NCBI GenBank assembly: GCA_016206925.1
Contig: JACQQS010000028.1
Span: 1 to 62,514 of the forward strand
DNA from: Candidatus Omnitrophota bacterium
GTDB taxonomy: Bacteria; Omnitrophota; Omnitrophia; Omnitrophales; JACQQS01
Direction: 5' to 3'
DNA: 62,514 nucleotides
The notes beneath the pieces are model-generated. The model saw nothing but the letters and a program-made list of their open reading frames with translations, had not been told where the DNA came from and made no database searches. A program made the position numbers and the translations under genes. Positions within the stretch are counted from its first letter, which is position 1. Each line of letters starts with the position of its first letter. Shown here piece after piece: positions 9,761 to 20,172 of this stretch.

Positions 9761-10694
9761 CCTGTCCTCTACATTGTTTTCTAAGGCCATTTAGATAACC
9801 AAATGCCTCGAAAATCTTTAGCTCATCCAAAAAAGCTCGGCGTTCGCACCGAAGCAGCTTATTCATAATCCAGTTTGGGACAGCGCACAGATACTCTTTT
9901 AAACGCCACACAGGGATTCCTAAAAGTGTGCGATAACCTTTCCCTCGATCCCGCTTTGCCAAAACCATAGTCTCTCCAGACCTGAAATGAAATTTTCGGA
10001 AATAATCTTTATTTGTTCGATCCCGATCGACCCTATGGTAAACAATGACATTAGGATCATAAATCAAACGAAAGCCCTGCGATAAAGCACGCTTACAAAA
10101 TTCCGTATCTTCGTTACCAAGCAAAAGTTTTCCTCTTCTGCCAAGATCCGTTCGGAAATTTCCGATTTTTTCAAATACCGATTTACGAAAAGCCATGTTC
10201 GCTCCATAATACGGCCTGTCAAAATCAAGATTAAATGATTCGTTTCCATAATCAATCAAAGCCAAATTTGGATAAAGTTCCTCTGAAAGCCAATCTGCCG
10301 GATCGACCATCCATCGAGGGAAAATTTTCCCGCCCACCCCATCAACACTTTGTGTTTGAAACGAAGCATTCATCGCCGAAACCCAATTATCCGGCACCAT
10401 TACATCATCATCGGTAAACAAAAGTATCCCGCCCTTAGCCGCGCCAATGGCTTGATTCAAGGCATAGGACTTCCCCAAATGGGCCTCAAAAAAATACCTA
10501 ATTTTTCCACCGCTATTCTCCGCATAATTTTGAGCGAGCTGCCCGGTCTGGTCTGTCGAAGCATTGTTAACGACAATCACTTCATATAGCCCCGAAAAAT
10601 CTTGGTTAAGCAGTGCTATAAGGCAACGATCCAACAATGACGCACGATTATGCGTACAAACAATAACTGAATACAGGCTCAAATTTGTCATCAT
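9747..10694 (-). CDS. GT2 glycosyltransferase
   Basis: SVIVCTHNR, FTDDD, GANMAFR, EDTE. Confidence 0.9.
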   Translation of the reverse strand: MMTNLSLYSVIVCTHNRASLLDRCLIALLNQDFSGLYEVIVVNNASTDQTGQLAQNYAENSGGKIRYFFEAHLGKSYALNQAIGAAKGGILLFTDDDVMVPDNWVSAMNASFQTQSVDGVGGKIFPRWMVDPADWLSEELYPNLALIDYGNESFNLDFDRPYYGANMAFRKSVFEKIGNFRTDLGRRGKLLLGNEDTEFCKRALSQGFRLIYDPNVIVYHRVDRDRTNKDYFRKFHFRSGETMVLAKRDRGKGYRTLLGIPVWRLKEYLCAVPNWIMNKLLRCERRAFLDELKIFEAFGYLNGLRKQCRGQDDSG

Positions 10695-11687
10695 TTACCG
10701 AATATGGTCCTCAGCCTCAGATGTTGCTCCGGCCTCCGCTAGACATCCAACAAGCCTGCTCCAAAATGCCATAATGCCGGTGTAAAAAATTGCCAAATAC
10801 GGCTTCAAAAATCTATAGATGAAAACCTCGGATTTACTCCATCGAATACTGAAGCCGACATTTACATCACTAACAACTGCCTTACAAAAATATTTGAAAG
10901 CTATTCCCCAATCGCTCGCGTCAAGAGCACTGGAAGCTCTAAAATAATTAAACTTAGCATGATTTCTTGAAGCGATACGCTTAATAGGTCTCGGCAAAGG
11001 TTCGGCTAACAACATCTTATAAATCTGAATTGCATTAAGGTATCTCGCATCCAAATTGCTACTCGTACTCATCCCATGACGTCTATACTGCCCGACGATC
11101 TCCGGCAAAAAATCCATAGTAAAGAACCTGCTAATTCTCAGCCACATCTCATAATCGTCAGACCCTTTCAAGTCTATCCTGAATGTTCCAACCGTATCGA
11201 AACACTTCTTCCTTACAAGAACAGAATTAGGCTGAATTACACAATCGGCTACAAGACCTTCGAAATTCTTCACAGGATTATCCGGCCACGTTCTAATAAA
11301 TTTCTTATTCTCATCAACCATATCAACATATGAATAGACCATTCCAATTTTTGGATTCTTGTCTAAGAAGCAAACTTGTGATTCAATCTTTTTCGGATAA
11401 TAAAGGTCATCATCATCTAAGAAAGCGACGTAATCTCCCGAAACATAGGAAATCGCGCGGGCGCGAGCAGCCGAAATGCCGATGTTGTCTTGGAAAAAAT
11501 AACGTATTCTATTGTCTTCTTTTACAAATGATTTCACCAACATGGCCGTCTTATCGTCTGAACCATTATCAAATATCAGCAGTTCCCAATCTTCAAAGGT
11601 TTGTGACGCAACGCTCTCAATCGCTTCCTGTAAATAAGAGGGGCGATTGTGCGTCACAAGAACAATACTGACTTTTGGACTACTCAT
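10695..11687 (-). CDS. GT2 glycosyltransferase
   Basis: VSIVLVTHNR, FLDDDD, DDYEMWLR. Confidence 0.9.
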   Translation of the reverse strand: MSSPKVSIVLVTHNRPSYLQEAIESVASQTFEDWELLIFDNGSDDKTAMLVKSFVKEDNRIRYFFQDNIGISAARARAISYVSGDYVAFLDDDDLYYPKKIESQVCFLDKNPKIGMVYSYVDMVDENKKFIRTWPDNPVKNFEGLVADCVIQPNSVLVRKKCFDTVGTFRIDLKGSDDYEMWLRISRFFTMDFLPEIVGQYRRHGMSTSSNLDARYLNAIQIYKMLLAEPLPRPIKRIASRNHAKFNYFRASSALDASDWGIAFKYFCKAVVSDVNVGFSIRWSKSEVFIYRFLKPYLAIFYTGIMAFWSRLVGCLAEAGATSEAEDHIR

Positions 11688-12700
11688 GCTTTTAATTTCC
11701 CCGGCTTAACCATGGACATAGAAGCACCAAACAGAGCGGCTGTTCTTCGACGCACAGCCTTTAGAACATCGCCACACCAAAGATATCTTTTCCGAATACC
11801 TCGCTTAAGTTGAAAGAATGGAGAAACGCGGCTCAGGTGAAACTGGGCCCAAGATAATTTCTCATCGCAATATTTATCAAAAACGGGCCAGGTTGCCTTT
11901 AGCTTCTCGACCGAAGTTTTGCCCTGCACGGGATTCCATCTAAATTTGAAGAACGGTAAGTCGTACGGTTCAAAAGGAGGCCCGGCAACATAGGTGATGA
12001 CCGATCGCGGTTCAAAAACTATCTTCTCGCCGATTTCCTTGAGTTTAAAACTGTAATTAACGTCTTCGGCTAACGTAAAAGGTTCGAACTCGCTCATCTC
12101 ATCAAGCACCGACTTATGGATCAGGAACGTGTGAAATTCCAGGAAATCATCTTCAATCCTTTTAAAGTTCTGCGCTTCGCTGATATGTTGTCCAACAAAT
12201 TTCATCACGGGCTGAATAATCTGCTTGCCGTTTTTCCGGCCTTTCTTAAATTGGCCGTCTGCCATATGAATCTCCACGCGCCCTTTATGCTCAAGAAAGT
12301 ATAATGGGTGTAAAACTTTAGCCCCCGTTTCCTGGGCCGCTCTCAAGAGCCAGGTCAACCAATGCGGGCTTACTTTTACGTCATTATCAACGAACACGAT
12401 CCACCCGCTCGTATCTTTAAGATGCTCCAACGCTAAATTTTTTGCTTCGTAAGGATATAGATAGCGCGGCGAACTAATGACTTTAAAGTTAGGGTGACTT
12501 TCCCCCCAATTTTCAAACCAAAGGCGAACGGGCTTTGGACTATTTGCATCAAGAAGCAATACCTTGAACGGTTCGCTTGTAAAAGCATAGATGTGTTCCA
12601 CGCACTGCGGGATCAAACTAAACCGCTCACGAGGAACAATAACTATGGTAACTATTTCTGTTCCGGCGGTGCCGGCAGCATGGTTATGAGTTGTGGTCAT
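11684..12700 (-). CDS. GT2 glycosyltransferase
   Basis: VTIVIVPRERF, FVDND, AED. Confidence 0.8.
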   Translation of the reverse strand: MTTTHNHAAGTAGTEIVTIVIVPRERFSLIPQCVEHIYAFTSEPFKVLLLDANSPKPVRLWFENWGESHPNFKVISSPRYLYPYEAKNLALEHLKDTSGWIVFVDNDVKVSPHWLTWLLRAAQETGAKVLHPLYFLEHKGRVEIHMADGQFKKGRKNGKQIIQPVMKFVGQHISEAQNFKRIEDDFLEFHTFLIHKSVLDEMSEFEPFTLAEDVNYSFKLKEIGEKIVFEPRSVITYVAGPPFEPYDLPFFKFRWNPVQGKTSVEKLKATWPVFDKYCDEKLSWAQFHLSRVSPFFQLKRGIRKRYLWCGDVLKAVRRRTAALFGASMSMVKPGKLKA

Positions 12701-14234
12701 CGATTACTCTTCCTTTTTCGTACGGGTCACTCTTAGCGCCTGGGATCATCTTGACGCAAGGCGCATAAGGGTTATCTTTAAGGTTAAATACAAGCTGTTT
12801 TGCCTCGACTACCGATTTTCTGTCCAGCAAATAATAAGTTCCAAAATAGGTCAGCACGCCGGTGCCTCCCAGAATCAACAACTTCAGCAAATGATAGTCA
12901 GCCTGTGCAGGCGATGCGATGGGTAGAAACTCTTTAAGCAAAATAATAGAGCCGGCCATTGCGGCTCCCGACCATAGCGAAGCCGAAAGTTGACCGAACA
13001 ATTGAGCGTATTGAAAGTGAACTATCTTCTTAGCAAGCTCTAAGTTGATAGGCGCAAATAGAACGACAACGATCAACTCTGAAATTACACTTCCTATCAG
13101 ACCAAATTGTTTAAGCAAAATAACCAGCAAGGGTATTCGGATCAATAATCCACAAAGCGTCAGATTAAAGCTGTAATCCGGGCGGCCTTTAGCCATAAAA
13201 ACAGGTGTGGAACATGCCTTGATCGGCGCGATCAATTGCACGAAACCGTACAGTCTCACAAGCCTGACGATGGGCTGCCATTTAGAACCATAGAGGGTGT
13301 ACACAAATTCCTCGGACAGGAAAATGAGTCCTATGCTGAACGGAATAGAAAGTATGCTTATGAACTTAATCGTCTTTAAGTAAACACGGTGAAGTGCTTC
13401 TGCATCGTCTTGAATACGCGCGTATGCAGGAAACATGACTCCGCTTACAAGCTGCGTAAAGTGCGTATTGATAAAATTCGCCACGTTATTCGATACCGCA
13501 AAGTAACCGACCATCACGGTGCCGAGCATTTTCCCTATCACAATGTCGTCCAGATTTACCGAGAGGTACCAGAGAAAGCCCAGCCCCAGCATGAATTTCC
13601 CGAAACGGAAGAGCTCGCGGGCCGCTTTCCACTCAAAGGACCATTTAAGCCGGTAACCCGCCATACGCCAACTGATGACGGTGATGACCAGCTGTTTAAT
13701 GACATACGCCCATACCAGGCTCCATACGGTGGGTGAAATCAAAGCAAAACCAATGGCGAGCACCGAATTGGTTACGGAACCGCACAAACCCACGAAGGCA
13801 ATCTTTTTATATTCCATTTGCTTCGCAAGCAGCGCGGACGGGACTTTGGAAATGCTGTTTAAAAGAAAAATAGCCCCCAGCGCGCGCATCACAGGAGCCA
13901 CCTCTCGATTTTTAAAGAAAATCCCCACATACGGAGCTATGACCTGACAAATAAAAAAAATGACGATGCCGGAGGCGAGAACCAGAAAGAACGTGGTATC
14001 GGATGCTTCTTGAACAGATTCTTTTCTTTGGATAAGCGCCGAGTCCAGTCCGAATGAGCGGACTAAATTCAATCCGTCAATGGCAACAAACGCAAGAGCG
14101 AAAAGCCCAAAGCTGGAAGGCTCAAGAATGCGGGCAAGCACGGCAAAAGATACTACAGAGATAACTTTCTGCAGCACTTTGTTAACGATTTCCCACTTCA
14201 CTCCGGAAACTGTTTTTTGTTTAAGCGATTTCAT
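12684..14234 (-). CDS. wzx: Wzx flippase (WzxC-like)
   Basis: SLKQKTVSGVKW, LARILEPSSFG, about 12 TM, YGSKW. Confidence 0.9.
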   Translation of the reverse strand: MKSLKQKTVSGVKWEIVNKVLQKVISVVSFAVLARILEPSSFGLFALAFVAIDGLNLVRSFGLDSALIQRKESVQEASDTTFFLVLASGIVIFFICQVIAPYVGIFFKNREVAPVMRALGAIFLLNSISKVPSALLAKQMEYKKIAFVGLCGSVTNSVLAIGFALISPTVWSLVWAYVIKQLVITVISWRMAGYRLKWSFEWKAARELFRFGKFMLGLGFLWYLSVNLDDIVIGKMLGTVMVGYFAVSNNVANFINTHFTQLVSGVMFPAYARIQDDAEALHRVYLKTIKFISILSIPFSIGLIFLSEEFVYTLYGSKWQPIVRLVRLYGFVQLIAPIKACSTPVFMAKGRPDYSFNLTLCGLLIRIPLLVILLKQFGLIGSVISELIVVVLFAPINLELAKKIVHFQYAQLFGQLSASLWSGAAMAGSIILLKEFLPIASPAQADYHLLKLLILGGTGVLTYFGTYYLLDRKSVVEAKQLVFNLKDNPYAPCVKMIPGAKSDPYEKGRVIDDHNS

Positions 14235-15436
14235 ACGGTTTCTTCGGTATCTTCCAAAAATGATAAAGGCGTAAGCCGTTCATATAACTTACCAAGACTC
14301 TCTGCTGAGCGGGCCGGATCGCATAGATGAAGGACATGCTCACAGGCTTCCTGACCCAATCGTTTGGCGTAAGAAGGGTCTTCAAGGAGCAAGCAAATGG
14401 CTTTGCCTAATTCATCCGCATGGCCTGGATCTACAAGGATGCCGCGCCGATTATGGTCAAAGAACTCGGCTTCGCCGCCAACGCGAGTGGCAACCACCGG
14501 CTTGGCCATTGACATCGATTGGAGGATAACAAGTCTTGTTCCTTCCGGTCTCACCGAGGCGTCAACGATCACATCAAAAATAGAAATGAGTTCCAGAAAA
14601 TCCTTATCCCATTCGGAAAAAATAACCTTGTCCTCCAATTCCAATTCAAGCGCCTGACGTTTTAATTCTTTTATCTTCCGCCTTTGACTGAATCGTTCCC
14701 TTTCAGCAATAACAAATCTTGCATTCGGAAAACGCTTTGCTGCCAGAGCCGCCGCTTTTAAGAAAATTTCATGTCCTTTGCCTTCAACGACCCGGCTTAA
14801 AATGCCCACGCACGGCCCTTCACTGCAAATACCCAGTAATTGCCGTGTTTCCTCAACATTGTGCGTACAGCCTGATTTTGCTATTGGATCGTAGAGGACA
14901 TTGATTCGATCGTTGGGAATCCCCTGCACGGCATAAAAGTGCCTTACGCCCTCTGCTAAAACTAAGAATTGATCAACAAAACAGGCAGCGAAACGTTCTG
15001 TCAAGGTGAGCCGGCGTAAATTCCTAAGATGAACGACGCAAGGCACCTTTGCTGCAAATGCTGCAAGAATTCCGGAAAGCTGAGCACCGATATGGTTGTT
15101 GAGATGAACAATGATGATATTGCGACGCTTAATAAAAAGAAGCAGCCTGATCGAATGGGGTAAAATACTAAAGATCAGTTCGCAAAGATGTATCAGATAA
15201 GAAACAGGCGGCCGGGCGGAAGAAAGAGAATCAAACAGTTCATCAAAAGGCCGCGGGGCATGGATGACCTCGACATTTAGATCTTTGAACATCACCGCAT
15301 CGGCTTTTTTTCGTTCAAGAACAATGACGGGTCGAAACGGCGAAGGGATAAAAGCCAAAAGCCGCGAAAGGCTCAAGGTCGAACCGCCGCGGCCCGAGGC
15401 AGCTTCAAGATAAAGAATGTTTTTACTAATGTTCAT
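14231..15436 (-). CDS. GT4 glycosyltransferase
   Basis: ILYLE..GRGGS, KGH, EGTRLVILQSM; start MNISK after RBS. Confidence 0.85.
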   Translation of the reverse strand: MNISKNILYLEAASGRGGSTLSLSRLLAFIPSPFRPVIVLERKKADAVMFKDLNVEVIHAPRPFDELFDSLSSARPPVSYLIHLCELIFSILPHSIRLLLFIKRRNIIIVHLNNHIGAQLSGILAAFAAKVPCVVHLRNLRRLTLTERFAACFVDQFLVLAEGVRHFYAVQGIPNDRINVLYDPIAKSGCTHNVEETRQLLGICSEGPCVGILSRVVEGKGHEIFLKAAALAAKRFPNARFVIAERERFSQRRKIKELKRQALELELEDKVIFSEWDKDFLELISIFDVIVDASVRPEGTRLVILQSMSMAKPVVATRVGGEAEFFDHNRRGILVDPGHADELGKAICLLLEDPSYAKRLGQEACEHVLHLCDPARSAESLGKLYERLTPLSFLEDTEETV

Positions 15437-15440
15437 GCCG

Positions 15441-16955
15441 TTATCCTTCTTGACCGGCATCCGTACAGATGATAGACACAAGCGTACGTTCAAAATTTTC
15501 AAATGAATGCCTTTGCTTGATAAATTGCCTGCCGGCCATACCTTTTTCCCTTCTGAGGTCAGCATCGGAACAAATCCGATGGACCGCCTCCGAAAAAAGA
15601 CTAACGGTCCGCTCGTCAAATCCATCGCCCAATATTTCCCCCGTATACGCGCCGAAGTTGCTCACCAAATTGTCCGGATTTTGACAGCTGATGACCGGCT
15701 TTCCGTAAGAAAGCGATTCCAAAAAAGATACCGGTACCGCTTCGTGAACGCTTGTGTTGACGATGCCCCAAGTTTGTCTAAGAAGGTTATCCTTCGCTTG
15801 CCCTTGGACAAGTCCCAGGAATTTGAGATTAGATAATCCGACATAGCGATGGATGACCGGTTTCATAATGGAAGGAAAATGTGTTTCACCTGCTACCAAG
15901 AATTCAATATTCGGAAATCGCTTGGCCAGTTCAAAGAAAATCCACGGACGTTTAATAGGATCCAGCCTTCCTAAAAAGCAGAAGGTGGGCCTGTGGGCCC
16001 AGCTAATTTCCTCAACATCAGGAATGTCTACAGGGGTAGGCAAAAAAACGGGTTCGATATCCGACAAACCATAGGTTTTCTTGGCCAGCTCAATCAGCGA
16101 ATAAGCGGAGGCTGCAAAATAAATTTTCCTGTGAAAAACTTTGCTCATAGCGATGAGCCGCTTGATGGCTTCTCTTTTATTCCGCGCACTCTTCATCAGA
16201 CCCTCCAACCCATTCGCACTGCTTACCGCAACTTCTAGCTGTACGGTTGCGATTTTCGCCATTTCTTCTTCGGGGCGGGGATCGCGAATCCAGACCATAA
16301 GGGGCGTTCTAGGAAGAAGGAGGATGGATCTTAGATAAGCGGGGTAAAACTCGGTGGTTAAAAGGAAGTCGATCTTTCTTTGATTTAGAAACACGGAATA
16401 CCGCAAATTCTCTAAAGTATCCCACCGTTCAGGATCCGGTGCCAAAATGATACTTTGGCCGCCGATTTGTCTCACGCTGAAGTTTCTTTCTCTTCGGGTC
16501 ACGATGACATCGAATTTAATTTGACTTCCGTTAGGATTGAAATGGCTGGATATGTTCTTGGCGGTTTTTCCATATCCGCCAAATCCTCCCGTGGTCTGAT
16601 CAAAGTATTCGATGCTTAGATACCCTACCTTGGCCGTCTTCTCTGTTTTTGATACCCTTCGCCTCACCGTTTCAGACACGGCCAAAAAAGGTATCAGAAG
16701 AGCCATAACGGCTTTGAATAACCCGTGTTTGGCAATTAAAACAGCGCACAAAAACATTTCGGCGTACGGCTTCATAGTGCGGTAAGGTGCCGTAAAACGA
16801 CGCCCCTCAACCATAGAAGCGGTGTCGTCGCTCGAATGGTCATCGACAATAATCAGTTCCCAATCCTGATAGGTCTGCGCCAACACACTTTCGACAGCTT
16901 CCTTAAGGCGTATAGCGCGGTTGTGCGTTGGGATAATAACGCTGACGGTCTTCAT
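15441..16955 (-). CDS. GT4 glycosyltransferase preceded in-frame by a ~50-aa GT2 N-terminal fragment (GT4 may start at 16775)
   Basis: MKTVSVIIPTHNR..IVDDHSSD then GGFGGYG, FLGRLDPIKRP, EAVPVSFLES. Confidence 0.75.
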   Translation of the reverse strand: MKTVSVIIPTHNRAIRLKEAVESVLAQTYQDWELIIVDDHSSDDTASMVEGRRFTAPYRTMKPYAEMFLCAVLIAKHGLFKAVMALLIPFLAVSETVRRRVSKTEKTAKVGYLSIEYFDQTTGGFGGYGKTAKNISSHFNPNGSQIKFDVIVTRRERNFSVRQIGGQSIILAPDPERWDTLENLRYSVFLNQRKIDFLLTTEFYPAYLRSILLLPRTPLMVWIRDPRPEEEMAKIATVQLEVAVSSANGLEGLMKSARNKREAIKRLIAMSKVFHRKIYFAASAYSLIELAKKTYGLSDIEPVFLPTPVDIPDVEEISWAHRPTFCFLGRLDPIKRPWIFFELAKRFPNIEFLVAGETHFPSIMKPVIHRYVGLSNLKFLGLVQGQAKDNLLRQTWGIVNTSVHEAVPVSFLESLSYGKPVISCQNPDNLVSNFGAYTGEILGDGFDERTVSLFSEAVHRICSDADLRREKGMAGRQFIKQRHSFENFERTLVSIICTDAGQEG

Positions 16956-17667
16956 TGATAATCCCCACCCCCTTAAGTGAACGTTCATGGATGAAAAGTC
17001 CTGCCAAGAAAGTAATGGCGCCGATCATCTCAAACGATTCCTCCAGCACAATCTCTATTTGCCAAAGCCACTCTGCCGTTCGGCGGTTCATAAAATTAGC
17101 GAACCATTCAAACCCCATCGATCCCAGCAAAAATAGTACTGCACCTAAATAGAGATACTTTAACGTTTCGCCGGAGGCGCAAGTGCGGCTGCGCACAAAT
17201 GCCGCAAGAGAAATCAATCCGGCAATGATGAACGGCCCGATTCCTATAGGCCAAGTATTTGAATCGGGATTTAAAAAACTCTGCGGCCAAATGCGGAGAA
17301 TCCGCCGCGCCACTGCTTTACCCAAGGTTTCGTGGAGCATCGCTACTTCGTCAAGCGAAAGCATGAGCAGCGTAACGGCCAGTACGAACCACACGCGCCT
17401 TTCCTCCACGGCCAAACTGCCTCGTGCGCACCGGATCGCGGTCAACGCACCCAGTATCAGAACAAAACTGGAAAACCAGGTGGGCACGTTACTTTCAAAA
17501 TTCAGATGAAACAGGCGCTCTAGATGCCAAAATCGATCCCCAGCCCACAAAGCCGCAAAATGGCAAAGAACAAGAATGACCGTTACAGCCAAAAGAAGAC
17601 GGATAACGTTTTTGATATCGGTATCCGCACAAGTCATGTGAGTCTTTGTAGTCAATGTATTTTTCAT
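16903..17667 (-). CDS. multi-pass membrane protein of unknown function
   Basis: about 6 TM; E.NVPTWFS, LDE...LHE, EE..EM.G. Confidence 0.75.
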   Translation of the reverse strand: MKNTLTTKTHMTCADTDIKNVIRLLLAVTVILVLCHFAALWAGDRFWHLERLFHLNFESNVPTWFSSFVLILGALTAIRCARGSLAVEERRVWFVLAVTLLMLSLDEVAMLHETLGKAVARRILRIWPQSFLNPDSNTWPIGIGPFIIAGLISLAAFVRSRTCASGETLKYLYLGAVLFLLGSMGFEWFANFMNRRTAEWLWQIEIVLEESFEMIGAITFLAGLFIHERSLKGVGIINEDRQRYYPNAQPRYTP

Positions 17668-17712
17668 AGCCACCACCTTCCGGAATCGGACCGGCACAAG
17701 AAATCGGCCGCA

Positions 17713-17741
17713 TTGACACCTGCAACCCCTTCAGATAAACT
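17713..17741 (+). promoter_or_regulatory. sigma70 promoter of hicBA
   Basis: TTGACA-17-TAAACT. Confidence 0.6.
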
Positions 17742-17784
17742 TAATCACAGCAGCGAAAATATTGACTTAAAGAAAGGATTGCTT

Positions 17785-18003
17785 ATGAAGATTCGAGTGC
17801 GCTTAGAATGCGACGAAGATGGTATGTTCGTTATAACATCACCGTCTCTTCCCGGCTGTATTTCACAAGGCAAAACGGAGCGCGAGGCTCTAAAAAATTT
17901 CAGGGAGGCTGTCCGCCTCCATGTTAGAACTCTGCTCGAAGACAGCCGCCCCTTGTTCCGAAAGCGTAACGTTAAAGAAACAAGTCTTGAGGTTTCTTTG
18001 TGA
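17785..18003 (+). CDS. hicB: HicB antitoxin (short form)
   Basis: DEDGMFVITSPSLPGCISQGKTEREALKNFREAV. Confidence 0.9.
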   Translation: MKIRVRLECDEDGMFVITSPSLPGCISQGKTEREALKNFREAVRLHVRTLLEDSRPLFRKRNVKETSLEVSL

Positions 18004-18221
18004 GCAAACTGCCCGTTGTTTCGGGGCAGAAAGTCATCAAGGCCCTCCAAACTCTTGGATACACCATCCGAAGCCAGGAAGGCAGTCACGTTCACCTACG
18101 CCACCCCGGCCGCCCTCCGCTCACCATTCCTAATCACAAGGAAATCGCCAGAGGAACGCTCCGCGCCATTATCCGGCAGGCTAACCTGAGCGTCGAAGAA
18201 TTTATCCGGCTCTTGTCTTAA
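18000..18221 (+). CDS. hicA: HicA mRNA interferase
   Basis: LPVVSGQKVIKAL, EGSHV, TIPNH..GTLRAII. Confidence 0.9.
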   Translation: MSKLPVVSGQKVIKALQTLGYTIRSQEGSHVHLRHPGRPPLTIPNHKEIARGTLRAIIRQANLSVEEFIRLLS

Positions 18222-18317
18222 TCCCATATTTAATCGCCTTTCCAGATCTCCCTCCACCAAGTTCATACTGATACTTGGCAAGCACTTGGCAAGCAAATTA
18301 CTGCCATACGGCACACT

Positions 18318-19655
18318 CTAGATTCTTACGACGATTTTCCGGGAGTCGGAAAAGGGCCGTGTGGCGTTCCGGGTGTCGAGAATGAGAGCTGCGTGCTTTA
18401 AGATGAACTCGTAATCAAAGCATTTGTGGTTGGTAAGGATGATAGAAAGATCGCTCTCTTCAAGCGCGCTTTGAAACGCACCGTTTTTGGCCTGAGTGGA
18501 AATAGAGCGCCAGGCCTTATCATGCAGACGGACTTCGGGCACGTAGGGATCGGCAAATGAAACTTCCGCACCGCCTTTTTCGAGAAGCTCAATCACTTCA
18601 AGGGCCGGCGACTCGCGTATGTCGTCGATATTGGCTTTGTAGGTGACGCCCAGAACGAGAATTTTCGCGCCATTCAGCGCTTTCTTTTTTTCGTTTAGTA
18701 TCGCGCGTGATTTCTCCACCACAAATTCCGGCATGCTGGCGTTTACCTCACTCGCCAGTTCAATAAAGCGCGGGCTGAATCCGTGAATACGCGCTTTCCA
18801 GGCGAGGTAATGCGGATCGATGGGAATGCAGTGCCCGCCGAGGCCCGGTCCCGGATAAAAAGGCATGAATCCAAACGGCTTGGTTGCTGCCGCATCGATG
18901 ATTTCCCAAATATCCACGCCGAGCTTTGCGCTCATTTTACACAGTTCATTTACCAGACCGATATTCACGCTGCGGAATGTATTCTCGAGAAGCTTTACCA
19001 TTTCCGCCGCGCTACAGGAGGAAACGGAATGAACTTTCTCGATGGCAAGTTTGTAGAACTCTACCGCCAAGCGGGTGCATTCCTCGGTAACGCCACCGAC
19101 GACTTTGGGGATGTTTTTGGTGTTGTAAACAGGATTGCCCGGATCCACGCGCTCGGGCGAGAATGCCAGGAACACATCCTTGCCCACTTTAAATCCCTTT
19201 TCTTCTATCATGGGCAGAATAACTTCTTCGGTGGTCCCGGGATAGGTCGTGCTTTCAAGAATAACGAGCATGCCTTCGTGCAGGTACTTCACGATTTCCT
19301 GCGTGGCATTCACAATATAGGAGATGTCCGGATCCTTTGATTTCCGGAGTGGCGTGGGCACGCAGATGTTCACGGTGTCGAGATTACGTATTATCGAAAA
19401 GTCAGTTGTGGCGCGAAGCTTTTTTTGACTCACAAGATCGCTGAAGAGCTTCCCGTCCACATCCTGGATGTAACATTCCTTACGGTTAATGGCATCGACC
19501 TTGCGCGAATCGATATCGATACCGACCGTCTCTACGCCCGCACGCGCAAATTCCACCGCAAGCGGCAGGCCAACGTAACCCAGACCAATGACCCCGGCGC
19601 GAACTTGTCGGGTTGCGATCTTTTCCTCAATGGTCACGGTAACTTGTGCATCCAT
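18318..19655 (-). CDS. nucleotide-sugar dehydrogenase (UDP-Glc/UDP-GlcNAc 6-DH family)
   Basis: GLGYVGLP, CVPTP, ESTTYPGTT, GGHCIPIDP, DIRESP. Confidence 0.95.
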   Translation of the reverse strand: MDAQVTVTIEEKIATRQVRAGVIGLGYVGLPLAVEFARAGVETVGIDIDSRKVDAINRKECYIQDVDGKLFSDLVSQKKLRATTDFSIIRNLDTVNICVPTPLRKSKDPDISYIVNATQEIVKYLHEGMLVILESTTYPGTTEEVILPMIEEKGFKVGKDVFLAFSPERVDPGNPVYNTKNIPKVVGGVTEECTRLAVEFYKLAIEKVHSVSSCSAAEMVKLLENTFRSVNIGLVNELCKMSAKLGVDIWEIIDAAATKPFGFMPFYPGPGLGGHCIPIDPHYLAWKARIHGFSPRFIELASEVNASMPEFVVEKSRAILNEKKKALNGAKILVLGVTYKANIDDIRESPALEVIELLEKGGAEVSFADPYVPEVRLHDKAWRSISTQAKNGAFQSALEESDLSIILTNHKCFDYEFILKHAALILDTRNATRPFSDSRKIVVRI

Positions 19656-19678
19656 TTATCTCTCCTTTCAGAAACGAG

Positions 19679-19707
19679 GTAACGGTGTATCGGAGTGTCG
19701 GAGTAAC
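19679..19707. repeat. octamer array, inverted copy of 20173-20212
   Basis: reverse complement GTTACTCCGACACTCCGATACACCGTTAC. Confidence 0.75.
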
Positions 19708-19721
19708 AAAAAAACAAAAGA

Positions 19722-20141
19722 TTACGTGGCTCTGATCAACCATTTCTCCGCGCTATCAATCATTAAAACAATCTGTGAAATTATCCGATCACATTTTTGA
19801 TCAAATCGTGACGCCTCATCGGCTGGCACATAACCGCACCGACGTGCTATTTCGATCCATACCTGCGTCTCACAAGCTTCTGATTCAGCGTCGCTCAACT
19901 TGCTAATGAAGGCAGCTTTGTATCTTCTTTTTCGCCAAGCTTCTGCGATATTGCCGCACACCGAGCGTGATGATCTTCTAATTTGGTCGGTCAACGAATA
20001 CCGCTCTTCTTTCGGAAAGCCCCTGCTGCAATCAAAAATCTCCATCGCCAAGTTCATCGCACCGATGAACACGTCCAGCTCTTTGAAATTCGTTACGTAC
20101 GCTCTCGCTTTCTTGCTTTCTTTCTCTATCAGTTCCGGCAT
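19722..20141 (-). CDS. four helix bundle protein (23S rRNA IVP family)
   Basis: FKELDV, FPKEERYSLTDQIRRSSRSVCGNIAEAW, SEACETQVW. Confidence 0.9.
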   Translation of the reverse strand: MPELIEKESKKARAYVTNFKELDVFIGAMNLAMEIFDCSRGFPKEERYSLTDQIRRSSRSVCGNIAEAWRKRRYKAAFISKLSDAESEACETQVWIEIARRCGYVPADEASRFDQKCDRIISQIVLMIDSAEKWLIRAT

Positions 20142-20172
20142 TTTCCATTCCCAGTTACCCCGCCACTCACTC

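Noticed and set aside
12720-12775. Possible REP remnant in the flippase C-terminal tail
   Set aside because: Too degenerate to match the other repeat families confidently
17524-17784. N-terminal extension of the HicB ORF
   Set aside because: Overlaps the opposite-strand membrane gene; promoter and RBS support a start at 17785
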